Assembly (NCBI GenBank): GCA_907165135.1
Contig: OU015568.1
Coordinates: 13,516,001-13,580,000 of the forward strand
DNA length: 64,000 nt
Direction: 5' to 3'
DNA from: Oikopleura dioica
Taxonomy: Eukaryota > Animalia > Chordata
In this document: piece after piece, positions 39,594 to 52,469 of the stretch
How positions within the stretch are numbered: the first letter of the stretch is position 1
How the letters are laid out: each line of letters starts with the position of its first letter
Position numbers and translations under genes: made by a program
The notes under the pieces: model-generated
What the model was told of the DNA's origin: nothing
Database searches by the model: none
The model's input: only the letters and a program-made list of their open reading frames with translations

Positions 39594-41281
39594 ATGTCTT
39601 CCAGCGATTCTGATGATCAAGAACTTTTGCTAAAGGTTAGGATAAAACTCGTTCTTTTTACTAGGTTAATTAATTTACGGATGCCAGCAAATTCAATTAA
39701 CGTTTTTGTTTGCTCATCTACTTTATTGCTGATTTGTTTTTTGGTCAAATAAAATTGAAAATGTTTCAGTTCAAGTCGATAAAATATATTAAACTCGTTT
39801 AAGAATGATGGGCTTCAATCAAGCAAGAAAGAGAAATGGTCTCAAAGTAAAATTGGCAAGCGACAATTTGTTTCGTGTTCCTCACTGCTTATTGTTACAT
39901 ACATACAAGTCTACGCTCTCCTCGCGTCGCTTTCTTTAACGTGGCCTTATCCCAAGGATTATTCCATCGCGACGGGATGGGTGTTCATTTTCAATCTCGA
40001 CTTTTGGGAACTTGCGAAGGTCTACAGCGCGGGGTACAAGGCCTTTTCACGACAACCGACGCCATCTAAAGATGTTATGGGCGATCACTTTGCAGTCTGG
40101 TACTCGCTCTTCGCCCTCTTTTACTGGTGTACTTATGTAATAAGTATGGTCGTCTACTTTTGTTTCAAGAGCTCGGCAACGAAGAAACAAACGATTCTGC
40201 CAAGATTGAAAGTTTTTCTGCTCGGGTTTTGGTATTTCATGACCATTCCTGTTGGGGTCAATTTTTCGAAAGGTAAAAGTCAATCTTCAAAGAGAACAAC
40301 TATTACTTTTCAGTTTACTGGTGTCTTCCGAACTCGGGATCAAAAATGGACGTGGACAACGAGCTCTTTTGCTTGAAAAGCGGAGCATCCATTCTCTACT
40401 TTATCATCTCAACAGCTTCATTGCTCTTTCATTTCGTCATCGTTCCAACTTTCTACGCAAGAAAGATCAGTCTTGGGATTGTGACTCCGTACGTCCGGGC
40501 TCACGAGAACGCCCTTCTCAGGCAACGTGCAAATCAAAATATCCCATTAGCCTAAATCATCAAAACGAACCAAAAATAATTGAAGCTTGTTTTCCCAACA
40601 ACAGTCTAATTAACGTTTTTCTTGACCAGTTCATGTTCAAAAATGAAAAGCACGTACCAAGGCGCGAACTCGAATTTGAGTTTGGAATCAACCGAAAACT
40701 TCTCCTGGATAATTTATACTACCACTCCCAATTCAAACGGAAACGAGCGTATTTTCTGATAACAGATGCGGTTTTCAAAGGATCGCTTATCATTGCATAC
40801 TCCGGATTTTTCAAGCTTTCAAAGGAACCTAATGAGTCATTGGGAAGTTTTGGCAAGCTTATCTCCACATCTGTTTTATTTTCAATCATTTTCGTAAAGG
40901 TAAAATTTCGTGAAAAAAACGAACGTAAAAAAATCAAATCTAGTTTTTTTATGATGTTTACTACCAACCATTTCGTACTTTGCTGCTCAATATGCTCAAC
41001 TACGCCTGTTTGATATTTTTATTTTGCAACGCGGTTTTTGGCTTGATGTTGAATATTCCCGGCCTGGAGTCGCCTTTCCAAGATCCTGAATATCTGAAAC
41101 CTCTTTTAATTATGGTCAATTTGTCGTGGTTCTTGTTTATCTTGGGATGGATTTTCTACGCAATTTATAAGTCAAGGCACAGGAGAATCTGGCCCTCGCT
41201 TTACTCAAAAGGTAACATTTCAAAACGTGGCCCCTAACGATGTTAACATGTCACTTTGACAATGTGCATCTTCCAGATTAG
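39594..41281 (+). CDS. Uncharacterised multi-pass membrane protein
   Basis: Exons join MSSSDSDDQELLLK|NDG...YIQVYALLASLSLTWPYP...VFIFNLDFW; several hydrophobic segments in ORFs 39981-40376, 40346-40555 and 40980-41237. Confidence 0.6.
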
Positions 41282-41448
41282 TTGTTACACAATAGTTATT
41301 ACGATGTTTATTTTACACTTTAATCGTCGAACCTTAGGGTCGTTTATGCTATTGCAAAACACTGACAGAGAGTGTCTGAAATCGTTGACAAAAACGTGTG
41401 AAGCAGAACATTGTTCTATTTAAAGAACTATTTTTAACACGGATATAA

Positions 41449-42047
41449 TTGAGGCAATTTGTTACTTTAGATCGGAAGAGCTATCTTGTTGGCAATAACG
41501 AGCGCTTTGTCGAAGCCCTTAGAGAAGCATGTGATGTGATTGAGCAATCACGCGCGGTGGTGCCTCTTTTCGCACCTGCTCATCGTCTCAAGTTCCAGAT
41601 ATTGAAGATGAATGCACTCACAAGAGAAGCAGAGTATACTTGCGAGATTCTGCACCCCACTTTGCAGGAGTGCCTTCAGACTCTTATTGAGACTTATGGA
41701 ACTGTTCAGGTAAAACAACCGATTGATTATAATATCTTACTCACATATCTATCTAGAATTCTTCAATGTTCACTTCTGTGGCGTCTAACATGAATCAAAA
41801 TCACACAGCTGAAGAGTTGTTTGCTTTGATACCAGAATTTGCAGAAGCTCTGGCAAAACGAGACCTTGATCTTGCGCTTTCCCGGTACCTTATTATGACG
41901 AAACTAATTAAATTTACATTATTTAGTAAGCATTGCCGACGATCTCTTCTCAAAGTTTCTGCTTTGGCTGCATTCAAAGCTGCCGGGCAGAGAGCAAATT
42001 TTCTCCGCAACGTTCTCAACCAAGCAAAAGAAACATCCGAAGCTTAA
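41449..42047 (+). CDS. Hypothetical protein (spliced; boundaries uncertain)
   Basis: ORFs 41449-41793 and 41766-42047 linked by a GT-AG intron after YGTVQ; no recognisable motif. Confidence 0.4.
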
Positions 42048-42395
42048 TCCTAAGGGTACCACTGAAACTATTTTTGCTGGCTATATTTTTGCACAAATAA
42101 ACTTTCATTTTTTCACGTTTGTCGAACTGTACGTGAATGATCGGATTTCTATTGACGAATTTATTTTGTTAGAAAACAGTCACTTTTCTCGTGAAGTCAT
42201 AGGTCTGGGAAGGGCTGAAATTAAAATTTTAAGAAAGTGAAACTGCGTGATGAAGTAAAAAATGAAGAATTAGAAAACGAAGAAGTAGAAAGTAAGAATA
42301 AATTAAAATGAATGATGAGGAACTAAAGAGCGGTGGAAACATGTTTGACGAAATTTGTTCTACGCGATTCTTCTAAAGTCGACACTCGTGAATGC

Positions 42396-44227
42396 CTAGT
42401 ACTTCTCTGGGAAGGAAGCAGCGGCAACTTGTTCCTCGATATCTTCGCCATTCTCTAGGGCCTGTTCCCATCGAATGATCTGGGCAACACCCTCGATGAA
42501 AATGTTTACCAGCTGGACTTCAGATTTTCCAAGTCGGTCGGCGTTGGAGATATCCCATGTGCCACCAGTAGAGGCAGAGTCAACTCCTGAAGAGCTTGTC
42601 ATAAACATTCATTGGCGCCCTTTCTTACCCTTAGTTCCTCGAACCTGGAGACCCATCTTCTTGCAAACATCCTTGAAATCCTTTCTGGCGGAGAAGAGTG
42701 GAACCTGAATTATTAATCAAACCGGCTCTTTTTTTACAAAAACATGATTTTTACCTTGACCATTGAACCAGCGCGGAGTCCAGTTCCCAAGTTAGAGGGG
42801 CAAGTCAAAATCCAGCCAAGATGCTCAGAGTGCATAAATTCAACGCCTTCTTCCTTGAGAACATCTTTGAGAGAAGATGTTATCTTTGCAAATCGACTGA
42901 AAGACAATTAGCGTTTTATAATCTTCTGGGAAGCTTACGAGATGATTTGCTTGACGTTATCGCCCTTTTCCATGGAGATGAGTCGGGTGTGATCTTCTTC
43001 GTTGATCCAGACGAAGACATTCTCATCGTTGTTGTGGAAAATACCTGAGTAATGGGAAATTGGATTTATGATTTTGAAATACCTCGAGCGTCAGGCCAGT
43101 GTCGGCCGCAACCAGAGCTAAGCAAAAGAGTTGAGTCAGGTTCCTGGAAGAGGTTTCCTCGCTCACGAAGGTATTCCTCCTTTTCGGCGGTCATTCCATT
43201 CGGCTTCTCGCCATAAGATCGAGAGCCAGCAAGGGGAAAGTAGTCGCCAGCAAGATCACCTTCGAGCTTCTTGAGACCCTTGACGACCAATCGTTCGATC
43301 TCCCGTCGTTCATCAAATGAGCAGCAAGGAGGGAGTCGGAATCCTCGAAGAGATCGTCCTGAAAATTATTGTCGTTGAGACTTCCACGCCCACTGGAAAA
43401 TTGAATTTTTTGTATATTTGCTAACCTGTTCGGCAGCGTGAAGTAAGAACGTATTTGCCAGTCGGATCGATCTTTGTATCACTATTAAAAATAGTTATTG
43501 ATGGTTAAATATCAATAAGAATACGATTCTAAGCGCTTATCATTTTTGAAAGAAAGCTCATTTTTCAAGAGAGAGAGCTAATAATAATATTTGATGAGCT
43601 TGGGATTCTAACTTGTCCTGGGTAGCTCTTATCTTTTCAAGAGACACTCTCTTCACTCGATAAAGAAGGCGAATAAATTTACTCACGAGATCTTGTCAAC
43701 GTCAAGGTCGGTGGGATGCTTAGCATCGGCCGCGTATCCATTGTGACGAGCGGAAATTACCGGGTCGAAGATTGGCTTGAAAAGCTCGAAAGACTCTTCA
43801 TCCCCAGCGACAAGGCCGCAAGTCTTGATCATAGGGTGGCCCTTGTTATCGATGCCAGTTTTGATGCAGTGGCCAATGTTGACTCCCAACTTGGTCGTCT
43901 TGTTTTTGAGCTCGTCGTACATGCCTGGATTCGCGCGCATTGCTTCGGCAAAGATGTTGCTAAAAAGGTACGAAATGGAACAATCGATCTGCGGCCGGCT
44001 TACTTATGTTCGGACAGGTCCGGGAGTTTGTCAGGCAGATTCTCAGCCAGAAAAGTGGCACCTTTCTCCTCGCAGTAGTATTCTTTGTCGCCGCATCCAG
44101 CTTGAATCCACTAAAATTTATATTTGATTATATTCTTCATTTATATTGGCAAGATATGAACAGCTATTCTTACCTCGGGGAGTTTCTTGACGCCCTCAGA
44201 AAGCGCAGTTGGTGGATAGTCTGCCAT
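42396..44227 (-). CDS. Phosphagen (creatine kinase-like ATP:guanido) kinase
   Basis: [91 protein letters not shown]; all introns GT-AG. Confidence 0.95.
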
Positions 44228-44828
44228 AATGCAAGAAGATACTCTGAAAAATAAAACTCTGAAAAGGGAGATCGCTCGACAGCGTCTGTGCGCTTTCAAA
44301 TGGAAGGTCGCGCTCGAGAATAGAGAGGCGGTGTCTCCCCAGGGAGCTCATAAGCACTGTATTGTTAGAAATAGCTACGGTAGCTTAGCTACTCGAAGAA
44401 GAGATCAGCAGTAAATTGTCTTTGAAAAGTTTGAATTGATCTCTTTTGACATCATTTTATCTCATTGATGCTCTTGAAAAGGACAGAAGCTAGCTTTGAG
44501 TTTCAAACAAAATCAGAATGCAGCAGAATAGGTCTCGTGGGAATCCTTTGCTAATTGATGGTGCTAGAGTGCGCAGTGTTACATCAGATGCCGCTTATTC
44601 GAATGCTTCAAATTGCGACTAGTCTCTTAGATAAAGTCTTGATCTACCTAACTTAATTAATTTATTCAAGGCATACTTAAATTTATAGGACATGGACCAT
44701 GTCACATGGTCCCTAAACATTTGGTGCTACATTTTCCAAAAATAAGAAACTGAAAATAAATCTGCGAGACTTTTTTATTCAATAAACATGTATTCAGAAA
44801 AAAAGAAACAGTAAACTTATTTTAACAG

Positions 44829-46330
44829 TTAAATTGAAAAGAACTGACCGTACACCTTCCAGAAAAGCTCGATAAAATCAAATTGATCATCAACCCAGTC
44901 AACAGCGTTGATGATTTTGACAGCTGAAAATATATATTGATAAGCAACAACCTGTTTACCTCGATTCATGATGTTCATTTTGGTCCCGTTGTCAGCAAAG
45001 GCACATGGATCGATGGTAGAGTTCAAGGGTAAAATTGTGAGATCCCAGTTAGAGCTCGGCAATAAATCACCCTCCAAGGCATCTAAATAAATTTGAGAAC
45101 TCGGAAAACAAGGTACTCTCTACCAAAAAGCGGATCAATAACAATAGCTGCAGCCCTGATAATTTCGATCTTGCAGCTTGCGATGGCGATGTCTTCTATG
45201 TAATCAACAAACCTCGCGATGAATCTATAAATAGCGTAGAAATACTTTTGCAAATCCTCTTTTGTATCAATAATATCTTCAGAAGATATTCCTCTCCACC
45301 AGACCACTTATAAAAGTTCTCTCAAAATCATTGATTTTGCCTCTCGTTAAATCTTCAGAACTTTTCCTGGAATATTTGAGCCTGGGACTGTTCGAAATCT
45401 CACCATCGCGCGATCATAGAGGATTCTGCTCTCGTAGATTAGCTAATCAAGGAGATAAATATGTCTTTGAATATCATAAAGAGACACTACTTCCAAAGAC
45501 AAATTTTCCTTTCCTGATTACCAGCTGAAACTGTATCTCCATAGAAATATTTTGTAAGAGTCAAAACTTCGATCCACGCCGCTATCGATACCGTATTATA
45601 CTCATTATGAAACAAAAACAGTACCTAAGTCTTCAACCGTATCATCAAATATGTTCAGCACCGCCTGGCCTTGAACTTCACTGCCCTGCTGAAAACTTGA
45701 AAAAAGTAAAAGACTCCAAAGTCGCATGGCTTATCTCAATTTGAACGAAATCAGTGGGTGAACAATGCGCTTTTGGAACTTTTTTTCGACAATAACTATT
45801 GTCAGAGTATTTGCTTTACAAGTGAATCTACACTTCGCTGTCGTCAATACAAGAAAAAGTCTTCTTTGATTTCACAAATTTTGATAGGCTGGAGTTATAT
45901 TTCAATGACAGGGACTTTATACAGTAAAATTTAAAAATGAGCACATTCAAAAATGTTCAACGTGAATCTTTTGCAGCTCGCTTTCAATCTCTTCGTTGAT
46001 CAAATCTCTAAGTCGCATCTACAATTTTCAATCAGGCAAATTAATTTTCTTCGTTTTACCTTCAAGTTTTCATGCTTTCTCCACTGATTCAAAAGCCTTT
46101 CAAGTCGTGGCGAAGGTTTATTTTGATGTTTTAAGTAAATTCTGAATACTTGATAAAAATTCTATCGCTAGAAAACGTACCGGGAAATCGGCGTCAGATC
46201 TTCTTTATTGGCGACAACGATAGTTCCTTCCTTGGCTCTCTCTTCTCCAGTTGAAGATGGACAGTAGGTATCTCGGAAATCGTCTGCGAATCGATAAGCT
46301 GGTATTCTTGTCTTTTCATTAAGAGAGATG
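44829..46330 (-). CDS. Probable coding exons of an uncharacterised gene (or 3' part of the ankyrin gene)
   Basis: Several open minus-strand segments (46168-46377, 45083-45307, 44829-45077) bounded by GT/AG sites; no family motif recognised; exon chain not fully resolved. Confidence 0.4.
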
Positions 46331-46608
46331 ATACTAAGAATTTTTAAGTCAGGACACAAGACGAATCTAACCTGCAAGGCGAATTTCTTCCTGAATTCTG
46401 TGATTCAATGGAGGACCCATTTGAATTGAATCCGTTTGAGTCCACTGACCAGTGTCTTTGAGCAAATCGAGGAGAAGGGTACTCTAAGATTACAATTATT
46501 TAAGCACTAAAGATGTTGATTACCGATGCTATCTGTAAACCTTGCATTGCCAAGCTCATTGTTCCAGCTCGCAATTTCCCGTTCAACTGTAGTTGGAACT
46601 ATTTCCTA

Positions 46609-48199
46609 GAAAAATTCCTTACTTAAAACATTCTTTATATATTCTGGTTTGACAGAAGTTCTGTCTCTGACGCAAGATCATAAATTTAATAGTTTGACAT
46701 CCGAACAAGTAAACGCAAAGAAAGATCAGACAGCAAACACGTAAATCTACTCAATCCAGAATGAACATAAGACTGACCTCTGGCAATTGACCCAAATTGT
46801 TCCGTATTTTTGGATCAGCGCCTGCTTGTACCAGTCGCATGAGCATTTCCACTAGGCCACGTTTAGCGCAAATGTGTAGCACTAAAACAACGTTCAAATC
46901 GGATTTACAAAGCATATAAAATTTGTTGCACGTATAAATCACAAACTAGTGTTCAAATAATAGGATTTCCTGCGAATTAAACAACTATTGAGCTCGAAAT
47001 ATAGACTATATGGGCCGACGAGCAAAAATTTAACCCCAAGAACCCTTTTTGGTAAAGCCTTGAAACTTTATGGAATATGTATTTGGGCCAAACTAAAAAA
47101 ATTGTTATTGAAAATTTTTTGGTCTGACCACGTGATCACGGGTTACTGACCCTCGAAAAGCTAGAAATGCTTGCCGAGCTTGATCCCCTTATGGCATCAT
47201 CTTCTCGTGAGGCTAAAAAGAAAGGTCTTCGTTTGTTCTAGTGGTTTAGTCAAAAAAATTCTTGGTGTCGTCTTTACAGGACACGCTAGAAGCTATGTAA
47301 GGACTCAAAACTCGCTAAAATTGAGGTAAAAATGCAGGTTTCACGGATTACTCAGGCCAAAATACATTGAAAATAGGGCCATTTTGGACGCTTCACTTCC
47401 CTCTAGCGAGTCATGTGATCTCGCCACCAAAAATGTTTTGGATTCTATAGGAAGAACTTTTTGTGCTCTTTCATGTGAGCTACATTATGATCACCTGCAG
47501 TCAGGGGATCGAGGTTGGCAAGCTTTTCTAGCTTTTCGAGGGTCCGTATCACATGATCACGTGATCATACCAAAAAATTTTCAATTACAAATTTTTAAGA
47601 TGGGCCAAAATACTTATAGCCCCAAAGTTTCGGGCAGTTACCTGAAGGGGTTTTAGGGGTTGATTTTTTGCTCGTCGACTATAATATATAGTTACCTGTA
47701 TCTCCAGTATTTGATCTTCTGTGCAAATTCGCCCCAGCTGCAATCAAAATCTCCGAAATATCCACGTGATTTCCCGAAACTCCATGAAAGAGTGGACTCC
47801 AACCCCTTTCATTCGCCAGATCTGGCTGGGCGCCTGCCTTCAATAGAATCTGACAGATTTTCGTACTTCCGGACTCACCCAGGATATTTAAAATTCCGAA
47901 AGCTGTCAGAATTGACAACAAAAGAACTTGGCAAACAGGAAAATTCAAAAATATCCGAGCCTGTGCCGCCCAATGCAGGGCTGTTTGTCCATGAACACCT
48001 CCGTCATCCAAGTTAGTGACTAAACAATTCATTATTCTTATCTTCTAGTTCTGTTGACAAGATAAATAGGCAAATGTCAAAAAAATCTAAGGTGTTGAAA
48101 TAAACCTGCTTTCAGCGCTAAAAGCTTCTCAACTGTCTCAACGAGTCCATTAGCTGCTGCTCTTCTCAGTTCCTCATTATCTGATTTACTCGTACTCAT
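46609..48199 (-). CDS. Ankyrin-repeat protein (ends uncertain)
   Basis: ELRRAAANGLVETVEKLL, GQTALHWAAQ|SGSTKICQILLKAGA, GWSPLFHGVSGNHVDISEILIAAGA, GDT|VLHICAKRGLVEMLMRLVQAGADP. Confidence 0.85.
47005..47685. mobile_element. Non-autonomous foldback/MITE-like element inside an ankyrin-gene intron
   Basis: Left arm (CCGACGAGCAAAAATTTAACCCC...GACCCTCGAAAAGCTAGAAATGCTTGCC) is an imperfect reverse complement of the right arm (GGCAAGCTTTTCTAGCTTTTCGAGGGTC...GGGGTTGATTTTTTGCTCGTCG) over ~190 bp, with weaker symmetry inward; TA-rich flanks; no transposase ORF. Confidence 0.85.
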
Positions 48200-48563
48200 A
48201 CTCGATGTTAAATTATCTTCTTTGATTCTATCAAAAAATTGAGAAAATGCTAAATGGGAGAATCAGAATTTGGATTGCAAATAGTTTAACATACGACGAG
48301 TGAACACGATGCGCAAATATTTGATAGGGAACTGACACGAGTAGGAATTTTCTTTTTTTATTGATACAGTTGGACACCGACCTACTATCACTTCAACTCA
48401 AGCTTCAGTCGATTTACTCAGCATGCAAGAATTTATGCAGAAAACAAACTTCTGACAAAGTGGCCCTACATTTCCTGATAGTCTTTCCGGAGTCTAGACT
48501 CACAAAATTACGAAAGAAAGAACACGTCGATAACTAAAAAGGGTCAAAGTTTATTAACAGCTT

Positions 48564-49207
48564 TCACTGACATTCGGGCGTTTTAATGGTGAGGGCGACA
48601 TAATGCTCGTTGTTAAGATGGCCAAGGATGAGAGCACGGCCGTGAACTTTGTCGGTCGTTCTTGGTTTGACGAAAAGAAGCTCATTCCAAGGGTCTGAGT
48701 TGACGATGAGAATTGGTCGACGGAGAACTTCAGCGCAAACTTGGATGATTACGTGGTCGGCCCACTCGCCATCTTGAGCCATGTACTGAAGCTTTCGTAA
48801 AAGAAAGGGCGAAAATTGTTACCTTGAGATACTCCTTTGGTTCTTCATCAAGGAATTCTTGATACTCCGAAAGATTCGTCTTCAGTGTTTTACATGCAAT
48901 TTGACGTAGACTTTTGTAAGTAAATTTTCGCTTTTTGACGTTTCGAAGATGCCCTAGTGTCTGATGCTGTCATAACGCGAAAACGTTCCTTGTTCTTTCC
49001 AATTTGCTCCAGAATAAATACGACCGAGTGGAAGAAGCAGTTCCCATCTGCGTGCGCATCCTTCCAGACTCGCAGTCCGTGTTTCCCCAGATTTTCAACG
49101 AACTGGTGGTGCATACTTTTATCGCCTCCTGGGCCGATTGAGAAATTCACTCCTTGGGCTTTGAGTTCCTTCGTGGCCAGCATAGTCAGCTTCTTACTTC
49201 TTTTCAT
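48564..49207 (-). CDS. OTU-domain deubiquitinase-like protein
   Basis: ADGNCFFHSV (catalytic Cys loop), LRQIAC, GEWADHVIIQ, GHLNNEHYVAL (His loop). Confidence 0.85.
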
Positions 49208-49270
49208 TGACGTTTTCGAGTACTTATTTGAGCTGTAAATAATTTACTCATCCTCCTTCTTTGGAAATTA

Positions 49271-49503
49271 TCAGCTCCGATCCTTAGAATTAAAGTCCTT
49301 GATCATGTCCGAAAGATATTCGCTACACATCTCCTCATCAAACCAGCTGGAGTTGTAGTCCTCCCCAATTTGACCAAATACTGCGTTCCGCCATCAGCCC
49401 TGGTTCTCCTGCTAACGATACATTGTGCCTCCTTGAGAGAATCGTTGTTGGATACTTGTTGCGTTACAGTAGCTTGACTGTGTGTTCGTTTCATTGGGCG
49501 CAT
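49271..49503 (-). CDS. Small chromodomain-like protein with an apparent 1-nt frameshift
   Basis: CIVSRRTRADGGTQYLVK(L) continues in another frame as GEDYNSSWFDEEMCSEYLSDMIKDF, matching the chromodomain pattern YLVKW.G...NTWE.E......I.EF. Confidence 0.55.
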
Positions 49504-49952
49504 TTTAAAAACTAATGAGCTGTCATCTTCGATTTTAGCCAACAATATTTGATCTAGAAATGACGAGGTGCATGTTTTCGATCGTTGCAATAAAACATCC
49601 CTGTTGGGTATATATAAATTTATCTCATTCATATATTACTCTCTGACTTCTGTATATTTAAGTAACGAAGCCATGCCGCGACGATGGACGTTTTCAAGGG
49701 TCTCCAAATACTGCTTTTTCTACGTAACGTGGGAAATCTTGCGAAAATTTGTTTTCTATGCAATCAACCTGCCGTTTTCTACTGAAGATTTAAACTGCAC
49801 CTGAATAAATCAACTCTACCAAGAATGTCACTGTATTAAAGAAACTCTTCAAAAGAGTACAGTAGACTGTCATTTGTAAAAATATGTTTTATTGGTAGAA
49901 AAGTAAAATGAGAAGTGTCTGTGAAAAAAGGCAAAACGGTGATCTAAAATGT

Positions 49953-52342
49953 CTAGGATTGTCTCTGGGCTAAAATCCGTTGTCGAGCTTGAATGAATGC
50001 TTGAATGTCAGAATCCGCTTGCGCGTCACCAGTAAGAGATACGCCTGTAGCTTGAGAAGCGGCAGAAACAGGACGAGAGCGTTGCTCGGCAGCAAAGGAG
50101 GCAGCTGAAGAGGACCGAAGGGAAGTTCGCTCCGCTTGATCTTGGAACCATTTGTCGAATTCCTTATGCATATCAATGCGTTGTCGTTCGATCGAGTGTT
50201 TTAGATGTTCGACTTCGGGCTTGATCTTTTTCAGCTCAAGCACAGCATCTAAAATCCATTAAAATCTTATAATGACAAAAATTCACCTTGATAGCTCCGC
50301 CGATTAACCTCTATCTCTCGTCTAAGATCATTAGCTTTTTGAACCATCTCGTTGTCAAGATGCCCAGTTGCTTCTCGAACGGCAATTTGTTCCTGGACAT
50401 GCGCAAGTTCGCCTTTCAATCGATTTACAACTGCTCGATGTTCATGTATTTTAGTTCCTTTTGCCTTTCAGTGGTTAATCACGTGCACGATTCGCTACAG
50501 AAAGTTTTGGTGATTTTCTTTAACCAATTCCTTTGCTTGCAAAATCAAATCGCCGAGCTCGCTCTTCTGCGCCCTGTAGTTTTTATCTTCGACATAGACA
50601 TCAGCTCGCCAACGTTCAAAGGCCATTTTGCGGCCCTCGGACATATTGTTTGAAGTCATTTTCAGCGTGTTTGAGGAGAGATCTTCAGAAACGGCGATAG
50701 TGCTCGAATGGGCATGATCAAGAGGAGGATTTGTGTATTTTTCTGGCTCATATGGAGTTGTTTGCCTGATACAAGATTAAAAATATGATGAGCTCTTATC
50801 ACTGCACTTTAGTGCTATTTAACCTTTTCCTTGGCTTGCGTCTTTCTTTTTTCAATAATTGTGTCAGAACAGCGATTTCTGTATCTCTTTGCTCAAGGAT
50901 CTCTTTCAATCTGATAAGCTCTTCCGGTGTGATTTGAAACTGCTTGTGCTTAGAATTTACATTGGCACTTTCACCACTCTCGCGGACGATTCCTTCGGGA
51001 CGACCAGAAGAGTTGGCGAATTTTTTGAGGCGTTTGATTGAGTAGTTGATTTTTCGCATATCTCCGTCAAGATTCAGTACTGTTTCAGGATCAGGGTCTT
51101 TGAGGAAGTTCTGTATTTGGTGATCGAGGTCGTGCTTTTCGGACTCTGTCAGAAGTTCTCCGGCGTTCGGGCTTCCATCTAAAAATTGTTAATTTCCGTA
51201 ATCAAGAATGACTCACCTTGAAGTCTTAATTGCTCTTTCAGCTGATTGACCTCTCGTTTTAACCGTTGAATCTGCAGGCTTGGATCAAGCTCTTCATTCA
51301 AAACAGCTTCATTTTTAATCTTTGCAACTCGTTGGGCAAATCTACAAGTCGCAAGAGACTCTTGTATGTTCGCTGGCTCTAGTGAGACAGTGGCAATCAT
51401 AGAGGTGATAGAATTGCCGCCGAGGGAGTCTCGCAAGACAGATGTGAGCATAGAGTTTCTGTAGGGCACATGATCTCTTTTCTTCTCGCTCAAAGCCACA
51501 ATAACTTGCTCCAAGAAATGTAGGGAAAGGTTTATGTACTTCCCTTCTCTTGCAACTTGCGAGTTCCATTCCACGCTAGATTTTCCGATTCTTTCAGAAC
51601 CAGCAAGATCGACAAGATGGAGCTTTGATCGCTTGATGACTGAACTTTCAGATCTCCTTGATTCAATGTAAATTGTAAAAATGCAGTGACCCCGAGTGGA
51701 GGCCATATTCATCGGTGTTTCTGCGATCGATCTGTTTGTGTCTCCAACAAAGAGCTGATTTATTGCCTCTTCTTCCGTGGCAACCGGAAATGTTTGCAAA
51801 TTTCGTATTTTTATGCCGCTGTTTGGGTCTTCAAGAATCGTGACTTTTGGCAGATCTTCGAGTCCCTTGAAATCGTGAGCAGGGGAGAGCAAATCGTAAC
51901 CGTTTTCATTATACAACTCGAGGTAGGAAATCTGCATTTTATAATCGTTTTCGTCATCAACCATGAATCGCTCGAAGAGATAGCTCAGTGTCCTAGGAAT
52001 CAACCCTCTGTCTGCGTATTTCTCCGCTCCACCAGTGACGGTAAAAGTTTTTCCTGAGCCAGTTTGACCGTAAGCGAAGATAGTACCGTTGTATCCATTA
52101 AGCACATTGTCGACGACTGGTTTTGCTACTTTGCTAAAGATCTGATCTTGATACGCCGATTGTTCGAATATTTCGTTGAATTTGTATTTATGCAATTCTG
52201 TTTTGTTGTTCACATGTCCATCAGTATCTAGTTTCGGGACGACAATTTCCAGCTGCTTTAGTTTATCGACGAGTGAGGCCTCATGTCGAGCAGTGTCTTT
52301 TGTAGGTTTCACCCGGCAGTAAACTGAGATTGACTCCTTCAT
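49953..52342 (-). CDS. KIF6: Kinesin-9 family motor, KIF6-like
   Basis: GYNGTIFAYGQTGSGKTFTVTGGAEKYADRG, LEDLPKVTILED, GDTNRSIAETPMN, LVDLAGSER, KYINLSLHFLEQVIVALSEK; C-terminal ADSDIQAFIQARQRIL. Confidence 0.93.
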
Positions 52343-52469
52343 TCGATATTTTCTGAAAATTAAAATCAACTCGTTAACATGGCAGTTTAACGTTTAAACT
52401 AGTGAACAGTGGCGAGTGAACTGATTGCCAGGAACGTGAAACAGTATAAAATGAAGATCTACAAGCAGT

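Noticed and set aside
44694-44712. Perfect hairpin GGACCATGT-C-ACATGGTCC
   Set aside because: Isolated 9-bp stem; does not fit the p53 half-site consensus and has no other context
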